This document shows positions 47,801 through 60,600 of a stretch of DNA of 64,000 nucleotides, one piece after another. The stretch is from Pecten maximus (taxonomy: Eukaryota): positions 12,338,001 through 12,402,000 of the forward strand of contig NC_047025.1 in the NCBI RefSeq assembly GCF_902652985.1, in the 5' to 3' direction. The notes beneath the pieces are model-generated. The model saw only the letters and a list, made by a program, of their open reading frames with translations. It did no database searches and had not been told where the DNA came from. Numbering within the stretch: the first letter of the stretch is position 1; each line of letters starts with the position of its first letter. The position numbers were made by a program, and so were the translations under genes.

Positions 47801-48542
47801 GTATTATTTTGTACATTGCACTTTCGAATTGAAAGCTTTATTGGTCGATTTTTAGTGTCCTTGAGTTTTTTATAAAATTGATTTAATCTGGAGAAAATTA
47901 CTTCGTCCTTACATTATTTGAACATTATTTTTTTCATTTATCAACACTGTATGCTCATAACATCACTGACGAGTTCTAAAAGGACGCAACAGCAGCAGCA
48001 TCATACTCTCAATTTGAAAATAATAGTTTATGTGTTTTCAGAAAACCTATTGAAATAAATTAAGCTGACTGCTTTTAACATTATTATTTGTAATATACGT
48101 CACTAAAGTAAATGGATTACTTCTTATTCTGTGTCAGCAAAACAGAATCTTACTCTAGTTTAACACTACAATAATTATACACCATTGTTAACGTTTTATA
48201 GAAAGACCACGCCATCTAAGATATCATACTTACTTCTTATTGTATTATATGTCAACCCATGAATTAACCATTCGACTAAGGTAACTCTAAACTGCTGTTA
48301 GTATGTGTATCGCCTGGATAATTTTGAAATCCAATATTCAAAAATTTTAAAGGATACTTTTATTCAATTGTGAGGGTTTTACCTACCCATCCAGATGTTG
48401 ACATTATGCCTATTTTAAGTTTTGTCTATCACCTCCGGGGAGACTTCACACATTGCAGCTTTTTTATACCTGGCGTCTTGACAAAAATTGTTACCAAGAT
48501 TTTAATTGGTGTTTTCTTCGCACTTTTAGTCGTTGCGACAAA

Positions 48543-51500
48543 ATGGAAATTAGCTCAATCGCTAATACAGTTAAGGAGTCGGATGGAAGAGAAGATCCGA
48601 ATAATCGCAGGATTTCAATACCAGATGATTCATCCGAGATGGATGACACATTTGTTAACGTAGATAATTCCTTGGTAGAAGAATCTACACCTCCAGACAA
48701 ACACGAGTTATCTCCTCCTGACGGTGGTTGGGGATGGGTTATCGTTTTTAGCAGTTTGATGGTCCATATCATATTATGTAAGTAAAGTTAATTAAGTTTG
48801 AGAATATATTTCATTCTTTGAATGTGCAGATAAACTTTTGATACTGTCTTACTGGAGAAGAAAAATGATTATAAAAATTTTGCTATGAAGTTTGTTTCTG
48901 ATCCCTTTTGTATATTTGCAAATCAAATTTTCTTATTAAACCCGGGTGGTCGGGTGGCACAGTGGTAACACACTTGCCTTTCACCTAGGCGGCCGGGGTT
49001 CGATCTCCCGATCGGATATGAAAAGGTATGGGGTCACCTGCCCGACCGCGTGGGTTTTCCCCGGGTATTCCGGTTTCCTCCCACAGTAAGACCCCTCGCG
49101 CGCTTCTATCCGGGCCAACAAGCGTGATATTGCTTGTTTCGCAATTGTTAATAAATATAATTAAATTTTTTAAATATCATTAAACTATTAAACTGCATCA
49201 GAACCAAAATATCTATTTGATTTTTATAATTATATTGTTTTGTTTAATGCCGCCGCTTGAATACGATATTTTGACATTGCTGAATGACAGTGCTACATAA
49301 CATAGGCATGATCTGCTACAACTACTTGGTTTAAACTTTCTTTTATTCAGGCATTTCAAAACATGTATAGTTACAAAATTGAATGTACAGACTAGGAAAT
49401 AGAAACAAGTGTCTCAGACACTTATATAAATTTATCACCTTATCATAGACAGCAAATATATTGAGGATGGACAACATATTATTTGCCATATAAGACCATA
49501 TATTAACAATGAATAACAAAAGTTTAAGCAAGGAGAAGAAAAGGAAAATGGTGAATACTTGGTGTATTGTTCAGGTTGTTGATACAGACAACTTGACTTT
49601 AAATACAAAAACATGCTTTTGGGATAAATTAAACTTGATGAAAACCTGTTTGTTTTAAGTATATAATCTTGAACAGCTAAGACAATGACCTTATTTTCTT
49701 GAGGTGAAAGTGTTTGGTTCCCAAATAGTAAGATATCGGTTGTAATATTAAAAGTTAAGGAATATAAATACTGCCTTCTTATGTCGTCGTACCTGGCACA
49801 TTCTAAAAGGAAATGGGTAGCGTTTTCAACTTGGCCGCACAGACAAAGCGGAGATTGAACAATGTTTTATTATATAAATAACTGTTTAGGGAACTACATT
49901 CCATTCGTAGACGAGCATGATAAATTTGACCCTTTCGGGTTCTAAATGTGTAGTGGAAAGGTATTTTCCTGCTTAACTGTTGATCGAGGTAAGCTTTTAG
50001 AGCAGAAACAGATGGGTTTGATCGAACGTGAGGTGGAAGTTTATTCTATTGGTCTAGTGTAGAGGGTAAAAACGATTGGTTTATAAAAAGCAGTTTTGCA
50101 CAATATTGGAGTGACAAATGTTTGGTCCAAGTTTCTTGTATCATAGTTATGTCCCTCCGAAACTGTGTTAGGTATAGGACCATATAAATATTGAGGAGTA
50201 TATTGATAGAAATTGTTTATGAAATGGAGGAATTTTTCGATTTTGTCTACGATCAAATAAACTAGTCCATCCTACCTCATTGAACAATGTATCACTACTG
50301 GTTAGCTTTGTTGCGCCAGTTACTATACGTGCAGCTTCAATATTAAAATTTTCAAGTTTTCTTTCCAAATCTTTGGGAATATTTCCTCATACAATATCGG
50401 CATATTCAAGGAGTGGTCTTATAAAAGAGAAATAAATAGTTTGCAAAGTTTTTTCTGTCTAACTGAAATTTCAACGATCTCATTATATTGATTTTAGATG
50501 AAGTTTTGGCAATTAAGTAATTTACTTGATCTATCCAACGATCATCTCCTGAGAAGATCACACCCAGGTGCTTATGAGAAGATACATTATTTATAGGAAT
50601 ATCGTTCATATATATAGAGGGAACTACTTCACTGGAGGGTGGAGGCTCCAATGATATAAACATATACGACACTTGACATGTTCTCCAAAGTCAAACCCGG
50701 GTAATTCCACGTTTAAACAGCAAGAACCGGAGCGGTAGCAGTACAATCGTCATATCTAAGTTCAAATTATATATAAGGAAATATGTTTGTTGTTTTGATG
50801 TAATCGGGGGTCCAAGAGTTCTGTTAGGGTATGTGTATTTCAACTGTTCACATTACATTGATATTACTTATTGACATACTTAACAGTATTTGCGTGCATT
50901 TTCAACCTTGATCACACAGATAAAAAACTATAAAGAAATCATGTTCCTATTCAATTCAGTATATTTTATTTTATTATTACTTTTTTAAATATACGGAATA
51001 CCAAATATGTCTGCTATTACAGTGATTTCATTTTCAGACTACCTTAATTCGAAGTTTCGAGCCTTAATGTATCAAACTAACAATGTGAGATTATACAAAA
51101 ATTGTAAGCCTAATCCTGTCGAAACCATTTGTGAAATAAAGGTGTATGCTTGAAACTGTTTGCTTTAATAATTTTCTAGTTGGTATAGAAAAGTCTTCAG
51201 GAATATTCTACCTAAAATTTCAAGAAAAGTTCCACCAAACCGCCGCTGCAACAGCTTGGATGACTACAGTTCCAGGTGTGCTACGAACAATGCTAGGTAA
51301 TACTTCAAGTAATCTAAGATTGTATTTATTTTGTCACATTTAATATGTTACTGGTGTATAAGATTACTGATTGTTAGTTATTACAATGTAGTTCGTTCTT
51401 TCCTTATTCACTGTTGGTTCTGAGCCACACCATTGTGTGGTTAGTGTCCGATTGTGACGTCATATTCTGAATGATTTTCTATCTAGATGTTTATAAAATG

Positions 51501-54132
51501 ATATGAAACATTTGACTTTTAGGTAAAAACATTTCGTCGCAAAAAGAGTCCTAGCGCTTTGTCCGACAAAGGGTCGCTCTAATTATGTCATATAAATGTG
51601 AAATAAACGCAACGAAGAAAGCAACAATCTTACAGATGACTATGTGAACAAAAATCACCCTATCCCCGACACTCAGTATTTTCAATATATTTTACCCTGA
51701 CGAAATTTGTTTCTGCAGGCGACAAACTTAAGGCAGTAACTATGTGGATTTGCCTGAAGCTGGAAGGCGCTATTGTTTGATCCGGTATCGAACTTCTCTT
51801 ATTCTATTACAATAGCAACGTTTTTGTTATGCTTGAGTCTTCCATGAGTTGATGGTCAAGATGGAATTACCCATGTTGTTTTCCATCCTTCATATATTCT
51901 ATATATGCGTTAGACATGAGTTTGTGCTCATAATGTCGTTATTTTGAAATTACTCAAATTAGATGTATGTATTGAATCCAGCAAGAAGCTATCATAAGTA
52001 ATTAGAATTGAATAAAACATTACAGTTTAATCTCTATTATGAATGTCATAATTGATGCTGTTTCTCGAAACGCTGCACCACGATACTGCACGACAACCAC
52101 ATATGTTCATGTTCCCAAACAAAAATATCAGAACATTTTCCTCCACCCATCATTTTGAAATTGTGGTGATTCCTGTAAGTTCATAAGTAATAGAAAACTT
52201 TGAAAGCAGTAAATAATCTTTTCTTTTGCCAAATTGCTGTTTCAGGTCCCGTATGCAGCGTGCTCATCACCCGGTACTCATGTCGGTCTGTTACGATAGT
52301 AGGGGCTGTCCTATTTGGCCTAAGCCTTCTACTGACTTCGTTCGCCACTGAACTGATAATGTCAATTTGCAGCTTTTCTATATTAGGAGGTGAGACATGA
52401 TAAGTGACATCGTCTTTTAAAACCCTTTGCAATTAGTTTTAACCACTCTTCTGGTAGGAAGTAAAAGAATGACCGTCTCAATGCATGATTTGTGAGTGGC
52501 GACTAAATTTGGGATCTTTTCTTATCTTTCTATACACCAATTCTTTGATACCGCTTCTCTTTTTGATATGAGTTCGCCCCGTTGACGGAAAGCAATGGTT
52601 TCTGTTCTCCGACTGAAACAATATCTTATGTGTATCTGCTTGATATTCAGCTTTAAAAATGGCAGTATTTCAGTGTGATTGCTCTATAAAAGAGTCTCTT
52701 CTTAGCCCAATAACCAATTGACACCTTCCTAAAACGGCATTGATGTGATAATAAAAAGTATCATATTTTGTTAATTAGAAAACTTTGTAAATGAAAATAT
52801 TTTAATTTTAAAATCGAATGATAAGGACAATTATAATGAAACTATTCCTACTTTGATGTGATGTTTCGTGTTTAATAATTTCAACAATTCGTCATTTCGC
52901 TGATTTGTAGGAATAAGACAATTTTCGAGAGACTTTCCATTTCAGATGTCACACGTAATAAAATTGTTACGCTATGATAAATATAAAAGAGGATAACACC
53001 GATATTCTGCCATTTGGAGTTGACACGCAGTATTGATCACACGATCTGTATTTACACCCTGTATGTGTTACAATACACATATACTAATCTAACCGTTTGA
53101 TTTTTTTATCAAGCCCCTGTGCAACCCGTCACTATGAATGATCAATACTCAGAGGGATATCATGAAAGATTATTTCCAAAATACAAGAGATATAGGGGAA
53201 AATGTACAAACAAATGTTGTAAAAATACATATAACTTCATTACATATTAATCATAAAAAACATATATGATAATAATATATACTGAATATATATTATTGAA
53301 CTTTTACTTTCACAGGTATTGGCATGTGTCTAGTCTATTCCCCGGCTGTTATAGTCGTCAATCAGTACTTCACAACCAGACGAGGACTTGCATTGGGTAT
53401 AGCGACGTCCTGTATTGGATCTTTTCTATTTCCGAACATGATTGATTTTCTGTTCGAATTTTATGGATTTCTTGGTGCATTCCTTGTCCTAGCGGGAATA
53501 ACCTGGAATATCGTGGTTTGTGGAAGTTTATTCAGACCACTTATGACGGAGAACACTAATAAAAGGTACATGCAAACGTATTATCTTATGGGAATGATTA
53601 TCAATAATAAAAAGGGTTGTTTGAAGTGTAACCGCTGCGAATGAGTATCTAATACAGCCCGAACGGTACACAATGTTGCCGTTTTGAATATTAATAATAA
53701 AAAGGGTTGTTTAAAGTGTAACCGCTGCAAATGAGTATTTATACAGCCCGAACGGTACACAATGTTGCCGTTTTGAACTTAAGCTCCTGTTTCTCCGTCA
53801 CAATAAACCAGAAAAAGTATATATATATATGATATATATATCATTCTCTTTATAAGGAACGCATATTAAAAAGCATAAATCCCTAACGTTTGGTTTGAAG
53901 CAAACGTTACATTTTGATTAATACACTGTGTTCCGTGGTTAAATGGAAGACTTTCGGGCACACGTTCCATACATAAATAATCATGTTTAACTTATACTTG
54001 TATATGAGAAGAGAAGTGAATATGGATTTGGTCGATCTCAAAGGTTAATACAATATGTTGTTGGTTGTTGCTAAGAAAAATTATTTCATTTTTTTTCTTT
54101 TCTCTCTCTCTTTTTGTGTGTGTGTATGTGTG

Positions 54133-54184
<52 letters not shown>

Positions 54185-55226
54185 GTTGATTTCGCTAAGT
54201 TGAAATAAATATGTCCGATTCCAAACCTCGTTTAATGAACGAAAATGGATTCAAATATTGATTTCAACTAATTTAAAAACGAAAATTTTACACTTATTTT
54301 CAGAATTGGAGAAATAAATAAAGATTCTCAACCTTCAACCCAAAAGCAATCTATCCAATCCAGACAAAAGGAAATCGACGAGAAGGCAACATGCTGCAAA
54401 ACGCATAGGGGATTCATGTGTAATTCGCAATGCAAAATTAAACAGTTAGTAACCGACTCGCGATTCGTAACAACAGTTATAGCACTTTCATGTTTCTCTA
54501 TCAGTTTCCAATCGGCATTTGTGTTCATTCCCTTATATGCAAAACAAATCAACATTGAGGAATCAAAAACAGCTTATACCGTAAGCATAACAATTCTTTT
54601 TGATGGATTCGGACGAATATTTTTCGGTGCGGTTCTTGATATTAGATTCGTTAAAGAGTACAGGATCAGTCTGTACAATCTGCTGTTGCTGTTGGTTGGA
54701 ATAGCATCTTTGACATTTCCTTCCACCTCCACATTTGCTGAAATGTGTACAGTGTGTGCAATATATGGATTTATGATGGGAGGATTAATGTCGCAAAAAT
54801 CTGTCATCCTTGTTGATATTATTGGTCTTGAGGGTCTTCCTGGTGCTTTTGGAATATTGCTGTTATTTCAAGGAGTTGGAGGCTGCATCGGTCCAGTCAT
54901 TTCTGGTAAACAAAATAAATTGAAAATATAAACAGCTACCTTTGTATATGTCATAATGTGATATGGCAAATTATCTTTCGAAATTATAAGTAATGGCATT
55001 CACAATATTTTGTTTATATATATATATATTATACACCGAACAATACTCCTCCTTCGACATAGCGTTGCTAAATTCCTTATGCTTTTTATCTGCAGGTTTT
55101 CTGAAGGATATAAGCGGCAGTGCCACTGGTGGATTTTATTTCGGAGGAATTTGTACGATTAGTGGAGCAGCCATTTTTGCAACAGCAAATATAGTATATT
55201 ACATCAAACATAAACTTAGGAAATAA
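48543..55226 (+). CDS. Monocarboxylate transporter, SLC16/MCT family (MFS), 6 coding exons, ~492 aa
   Basis: Exons 48543-48777, 51180-51296, 52246-52389, 53316-53565, 54304-54905, 55096-55226 (1479 nt, in phase). Motifs PPDGGWGW, RYSCRSV, QYFTTRRGLALGIA, LFRPL, DGFGRIFFG and GPVISGFLKD. A probable non-coding exon ends at the donor at 46702. Confidence 0.9.
48944..49170 (+). mobile_element. tRNA-derived V-type SINE (second family)
   Basis: GGTGGCACAGTGG A box, GGTTCGATCTCC B box, and GCGTGGGTTTTCCCCGGGTATTCCGGTTTCCTCCCACAG. Confidence 0.82.
49335..50672 (-). mobile_element. 5'-truncated, frameshifted CR1-group LINE (ORF2 C-terminus and 3' UTR)
   Basis: Fragments HKHLGVIFS..W..QV, IRPLLEYA, EAARIVTGA..LFNEVGW.SL.DRR and HARLRMECSSLN..CGQVENATHFLLEC. 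Confidence 0.85.
53603..53777. repeat. Two-copy ~90-bp tandem duplication in MCT intron 4
   Basis: AATAATAAAAAGGGTTGTTT...GCCGTTTTGAA occurs twice. Confidence 0.9.
54116..54181. repeat. (GT)n microsatellite
   Basis: Read directly. Confidence 0.95.
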
Positions 55227-57615
55227 GATAACTACTCTTCTATGAAAAAAAAACGCATAAAAGCAATGGATCCCATGGTGACTCGCTTACGTGAAAGGTT
55301 GATACATTATTGACTTCGCCATCTCAACCCAGAGGTTGCTAAATGAACCACTCGGTCGTATTAATGTTATAAGCATACTCAGATAGAAGATTCAATAGCA
55401 ACAGAGTTCAAAATACACATGTACATAGCAACATTTTGATGTTAATCAAGCACAGAGCATAACATATATATATATATATATGCCTAGAAATGTGTTCAAT
55501 ATTTTCCAATGTCTTGGCCGTTGGTCACATAGCGTTCTATCATAGAACATGGGTTTGTACATGTCACGCTTGCCACCGCCTTCGGCCCACGCCAGCCGAA
55601 GAGTTCATGGATGTTATTTCAACTACTAACAAAAATACTACTCTTACTGTATCTTGTAGTATTTTCTAGTACTGTTTATATATCATGCGATTGTATTTGT
55701 ATTCTCTGTGTCTTGATAAAGGGGCGGATTGCATCGAAAATTGATATTTTTCATGTCCACACTGTTAGAATTACTTCTTTGCCCCGTATGCCTAGAAATG
55801 AATATCCTTGTATTACAGAGCTGTTTACTTTTTTTAAGAAAAAAAACCAGCGATATTGAGAGTGAGGAAGTTTTTGAAGAAAGGGATTTAACTCCCATGC
55901 TTTGATAACTATAAAATTTTGGATAAACTTATAAGGACATCAAATGTTGTATATTTTGACCTCTGCCACTGTTGATATAAGATAATAGCCATGTTAACGG
56001 CAATTGTATGAAATAATTGGTTTCTGTTCAATAAAACATTTATCCACTGATTTTTTATATTATATGTATCACAATGTCCAATTCATCCGTAATATGTAAT
56101 GTTAGAAATTTTACCCGGCGCAAGTTATTTTCCTTGGCCATCGTTCTGTTTAATGTTTGGTTAACTAAGATCATATAGCAATGGTTGTGTAAACAGTGAA
56201 GTCTTCAGCAAGTAGCGAATCACAGATACGAAACTAAGGCGATTTTCGCGTATTTCTTATATAAACTAATTGAAAAGCATGCTTCCGGTCCAAAAACCAG
56301 GCTGTTTTTTAGACATTATCTGGATGACACATCTACTACTTTATTTCACGGGAGGCTCGACAGACAGGAAAACGATTCATTTTTTCCATGTTTCACTTTC
56401 GCTGTCGGTGAGATCTAAAATTAGTTATTATCGTGATAGACAATTTTTTTTAAAAATATCTAATCCGTCAATTTTTTCAAAGGAAGAGAGGTAGAATTAC
56501 AGTTTCATTCAAATGTTATTATTTTTTTAATTTTATGTTTTTAATTTAAGAGATGATTTTTAAAACGTCACCTTTTCAATATATAGAAGTAAACCCGTCA
56601 AGCTATTTCCCGCTGACGAAGTTGGCGTTATATTCTTCCAGTTTTATGCATGTTTATCTATCATATGTTTGATTAATATTTTAAGTTTGAGTAATCGTCA
56701 TCTTTAAAATGGCATTCGATTCATAATTTTAATGTCTCAGGTTGTTTTCCATGATTGAAAAGGCATTGACACCTTTATACTGCTGTTGGTGGAATTTGAT
56801 TGAGATTATGTTATATTTCAAATCATATGAATTTTATTCTAACAAATCTTTCTTGAGAATAATGCACAAATAGTATTAGTGACATCATAATCGTTCAAAT
56901 ATCGGTTACTTAAGAGAGGAAAATAATGATAATGGAGGGAAAATCGAAATATTTGTGGAGAAAAATGATTGTACCTTAATATTCTTTCTATCATATATAT
57001 GTAATATTAACGTCAAAATATCTTATCCTTTGATATTTTATATACATGTACATCATCCTTTTTTTACAAGAGTTGTCACGTATCATATAAAGAGCGTGTT
57101 GTGCACATCTTAATAGCTACACTTTTAAATTAAGCCTCGATATTTCATTTAAGTAATTAAATAGTAGAAAATAGTATTTTGAGAGTTTCAGTAATGTTTG
57201 TCTTTATATAAATCTTTTGATAATTTCTAAGTAACAGGCGACTGTTATCAACGGTATTTTTAGTTTAATGTTGACTTGCAGTATAGGTTAAATATAGACA
57301 AATTAATTCAATAGCGACATTTTCAAAAGATATCCGACCCGGAATAAAGTAATATTCAATTGATATTTATTAAGAGTGAAACATGTATGTATGCCATATT
57401 TTTATTTAACAACCACATAAGCGGCTGCTAGTACAATGTCGACCTAGTTTTCTACTCTGTCACTCGAGCGTAACACAACTGAGTACACAAGAGTACTGTT
57501 CTATTTATAGTCGGCGATACAGTCGTATGTATATATTCACACACACATACGTAGCAATATCAGTATCTGTAATGTTTATCCCTAGTCAGGAAGTTATCTG
57601 AACTTGACCACAAAA

Positions 57616-60600
57616 ATGGCCAGTATATCAGCAATTTCAGTATTTCTTTTGCTGGTCAATTATCGCCTAAGCACAGCTTTGGTTAGTCCGGGCTTCAAGA
57701 CTAGAATCACCTCCGAGGGCTTGACCTATGGTAAGTATAAACACCGGGATAAACTGTACTTATATGCACGTTTACTAACTAAGGTATATATGTATAATAT
57801 GCTTATAAGTTCGTGTGTGGCACAGAAAAAGCTGATATATATACAAGACATGTATATGGTACTTATATATACTCATACCATTATTGTTAGCTGTTAACAA
57901 TGTTGTTAAAGCTATAAATGATACATAGTCCTATACCTTTGATTCAGACAACAACATGGGGTCTCCCTATGATCTCTATGTTTGGATATCGAACGTTTTA
58001 CTTCTCACCGCTGATATTGAAGCATGCGTCACGTGAACATCTTCACAGTTACATTTGCTAATGTGGCATGGGATATGTCAATAGTCAGTCATAGGTACAG
58101 CAACTAGAACAATAAAGGCAAGTTGATTTATTGATTGTTGATATTGATAATCTAGTACAACCCGTACAAGTTATAACATCTGGCTCAGTAATGCATATGT
58201 GCAGGGGTGGGGTAAACAACTGTTTATGTCGTAATGGTTGTTTATGTGAAAAACAGTTCATAAATAACTAACATGCCACAATGAAGTATCTGTATCTACA
58301 TCCATTAGATTTTACAATTGTATTATGCCTCTTATATTTAAAGTGAAACAAATATGTCATGCGACAGAAAAACAAAAGGAGTAAGCAAATATGTCAACAT
58401 GAAACCTGTATTGTAACGAAAAACCACCAAAGTATTTTGTTCAATGTTTCAATTTACCGATTAGTTGACTTACCATCTACAAATTCTATCAGGATCTCAA
58501 TAAAGGGATCAATAAAGGTGATAACCGTAGCCCTCCTTTTCAAGGCAATATACACAGCCTTTACCGAGAACAATTAAAGAAAAATCAATACAGATATTAA
58601 TTTATTTAAGAATATCTAGACAACTACATGCGTTGGTGTAGATAAGATAGAGACTGATGTCACTTTACCATTGATTCGTATTTATTTATTATTTATGTCC
58701 CCGCGCCATTTTAGTTTCGGATCTATAGGCATGGCTGTCATTCTATGATAACTTCGTTTCCACTCATGCACTATTTCTCTCTTTCACAGACACAGATATA
58801 GAACTGTATCTACATATGTCGTTGAAGAATGATAATATGCAGGTCATGTTCTGATTTGGTCATGGTATTATTTTTAGAGTATGGTAATTTAACTTTATAT
58901 GTGCTTTTAATCAAAATGTGCACAAAAATGAAAGGACCAAAATAGGGAGACCCTTGATTAACTCCAATGGGGATATGAAAATAAAACAGAAGCAAATGGT
59001 TATCAAGAATTGCAGAACTTTTAATATATTAATTTATTATTATTTGCCACTCGATGTCCTTTGAATTGACAATGTGAGTTAGTTTTACTAACTATAGATA
59101 AATCTACTTTCATAACATCTGATATCTGATACATATATAACAGTTAAACTTTAGAGTCAATAAGTGTTATCGTCAGTGATAGCATGCTTCCATTGTCCGT
59201 TAGAGTCAGAAAGTAAACATTAATTAGCTGAACAGGTCAAGGTATGTCTATTTACTATTACAGCAAACAGTGTCGCCCTGGATGTGTTATCTAAAGCTAT
59301 CATCGGTGTATCTGTCCCGGACCAATCCGGAACTGCAAGTATAGTCACATATCACCTCACAGGGTACGTTATACTTAGTTGCAGTGGTACAATTGGTTTA
59401 AATAAAAAGTAAAATCAAGCAATTTCGATTTTTTAATGAAATATTTTGTTGAACATGCTGCAAGATTAATCGAATAACCCTATTCTTTGTTGCCGAGGAA
59501 TACGAATATATAATATCAAAGTCAACATTTCCTAAATGCAAGCAAAGAAACAAAACTAATAACAACCCTTCATGCGGAACCACTGTTTTGGGTTCCTATC
59601 TTCTTGTTTTTCAATACACTAGGATATGTTAAATTCAATTAAGACATCAATCCGTAATTTAAACTTTTTGTACAATATAGTTTTTAGGCCTGTTATATTG
59701 CTTGCAGGATTCATATAACTGAATTTAACAAGCCAGCCAGTCAAGTTACATTGAACCCTAATGGAGTGTACTGGACTGGGAACAACGCTGTTATACAGAT
59801 GCATGGCAATTGGAGATACAACACACTGTAAGTCGTTTGTTTGTTTACTTTGATTAAATCAAGATTGGTGCTGGGTTTTTCCCCGTCTTAACTAAAGCGT
59901 CCATCCTTTTCGGCAAGGCTACTTGTAAATGATACCTGAGGTACAATTTCAATTGCCATTTGCAAGTTGAATTTGTTGTTAACACGTCAATGAATTTAGT
60001 CATGCCAATCAACTCTAGTGCATATTATCTTGATTTTGATAATTTTTACATTCTTGTTGTAGATTTATATCTGACAGTGGAAACTTCGATGTTTCTGCGA
60101 CTGGTGTGTCCTTTCATGAGAATGTCGCTCTAAGTAAGTTAGTTCACAATTCCTATTTTCATTGTTACATTTTTCAATTTTGCCTACTTTCAAACGTGTA
60201 CACCAGTCACAATCTTACAGAAAACGTAAAATCTAAATAAGAGTAATATGCTGAAAGATAAAGCAGAGCACATTTAAATGAATGAAACAGGAAAACATTG
60301 TTATTCTACTTCATTATGCATCTTATTTAAATATAAAAGCTAATTCATTTTTCAGCTATCTGGTAGACATTTCCGATACACATGGTTATCAATGTTGCTT
60401 TTCATACTCTATTGAAATGTTTATAATTTCTATTAACTTTTAATGTTTAAAAGGTAAAGACACCAACGGTCGTCCTCACATCAAAGCCTCTGGGTGTGGC
60501 GTCAGCATCGGCAGCGTGAGCTTGACGTTTCACGGTGGTGCTTCATGGCTCTACAACCTCTTCAGTAGTATAGTGGCGAACGATATCAAGTCGGCTCTTG

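Larger units (their letters stand above)
47495..52086 (+). repeat. ~215-230 bp direct duplication (47495-47707 and 51859-52086) at the MCT locus
   Basis: Near-identical AGATGGAATTAC...GAAACGCTGCACCACGATAC with small indels. Confidence 0.88.

Noticed and set aside
51694-51733. Further hammerhead-like match (CTGACGA...GACA...TA); a similar weak match lies near 20143
   Set aside because: The GAAA core and stem II are broken, so it is too degenerate to call.
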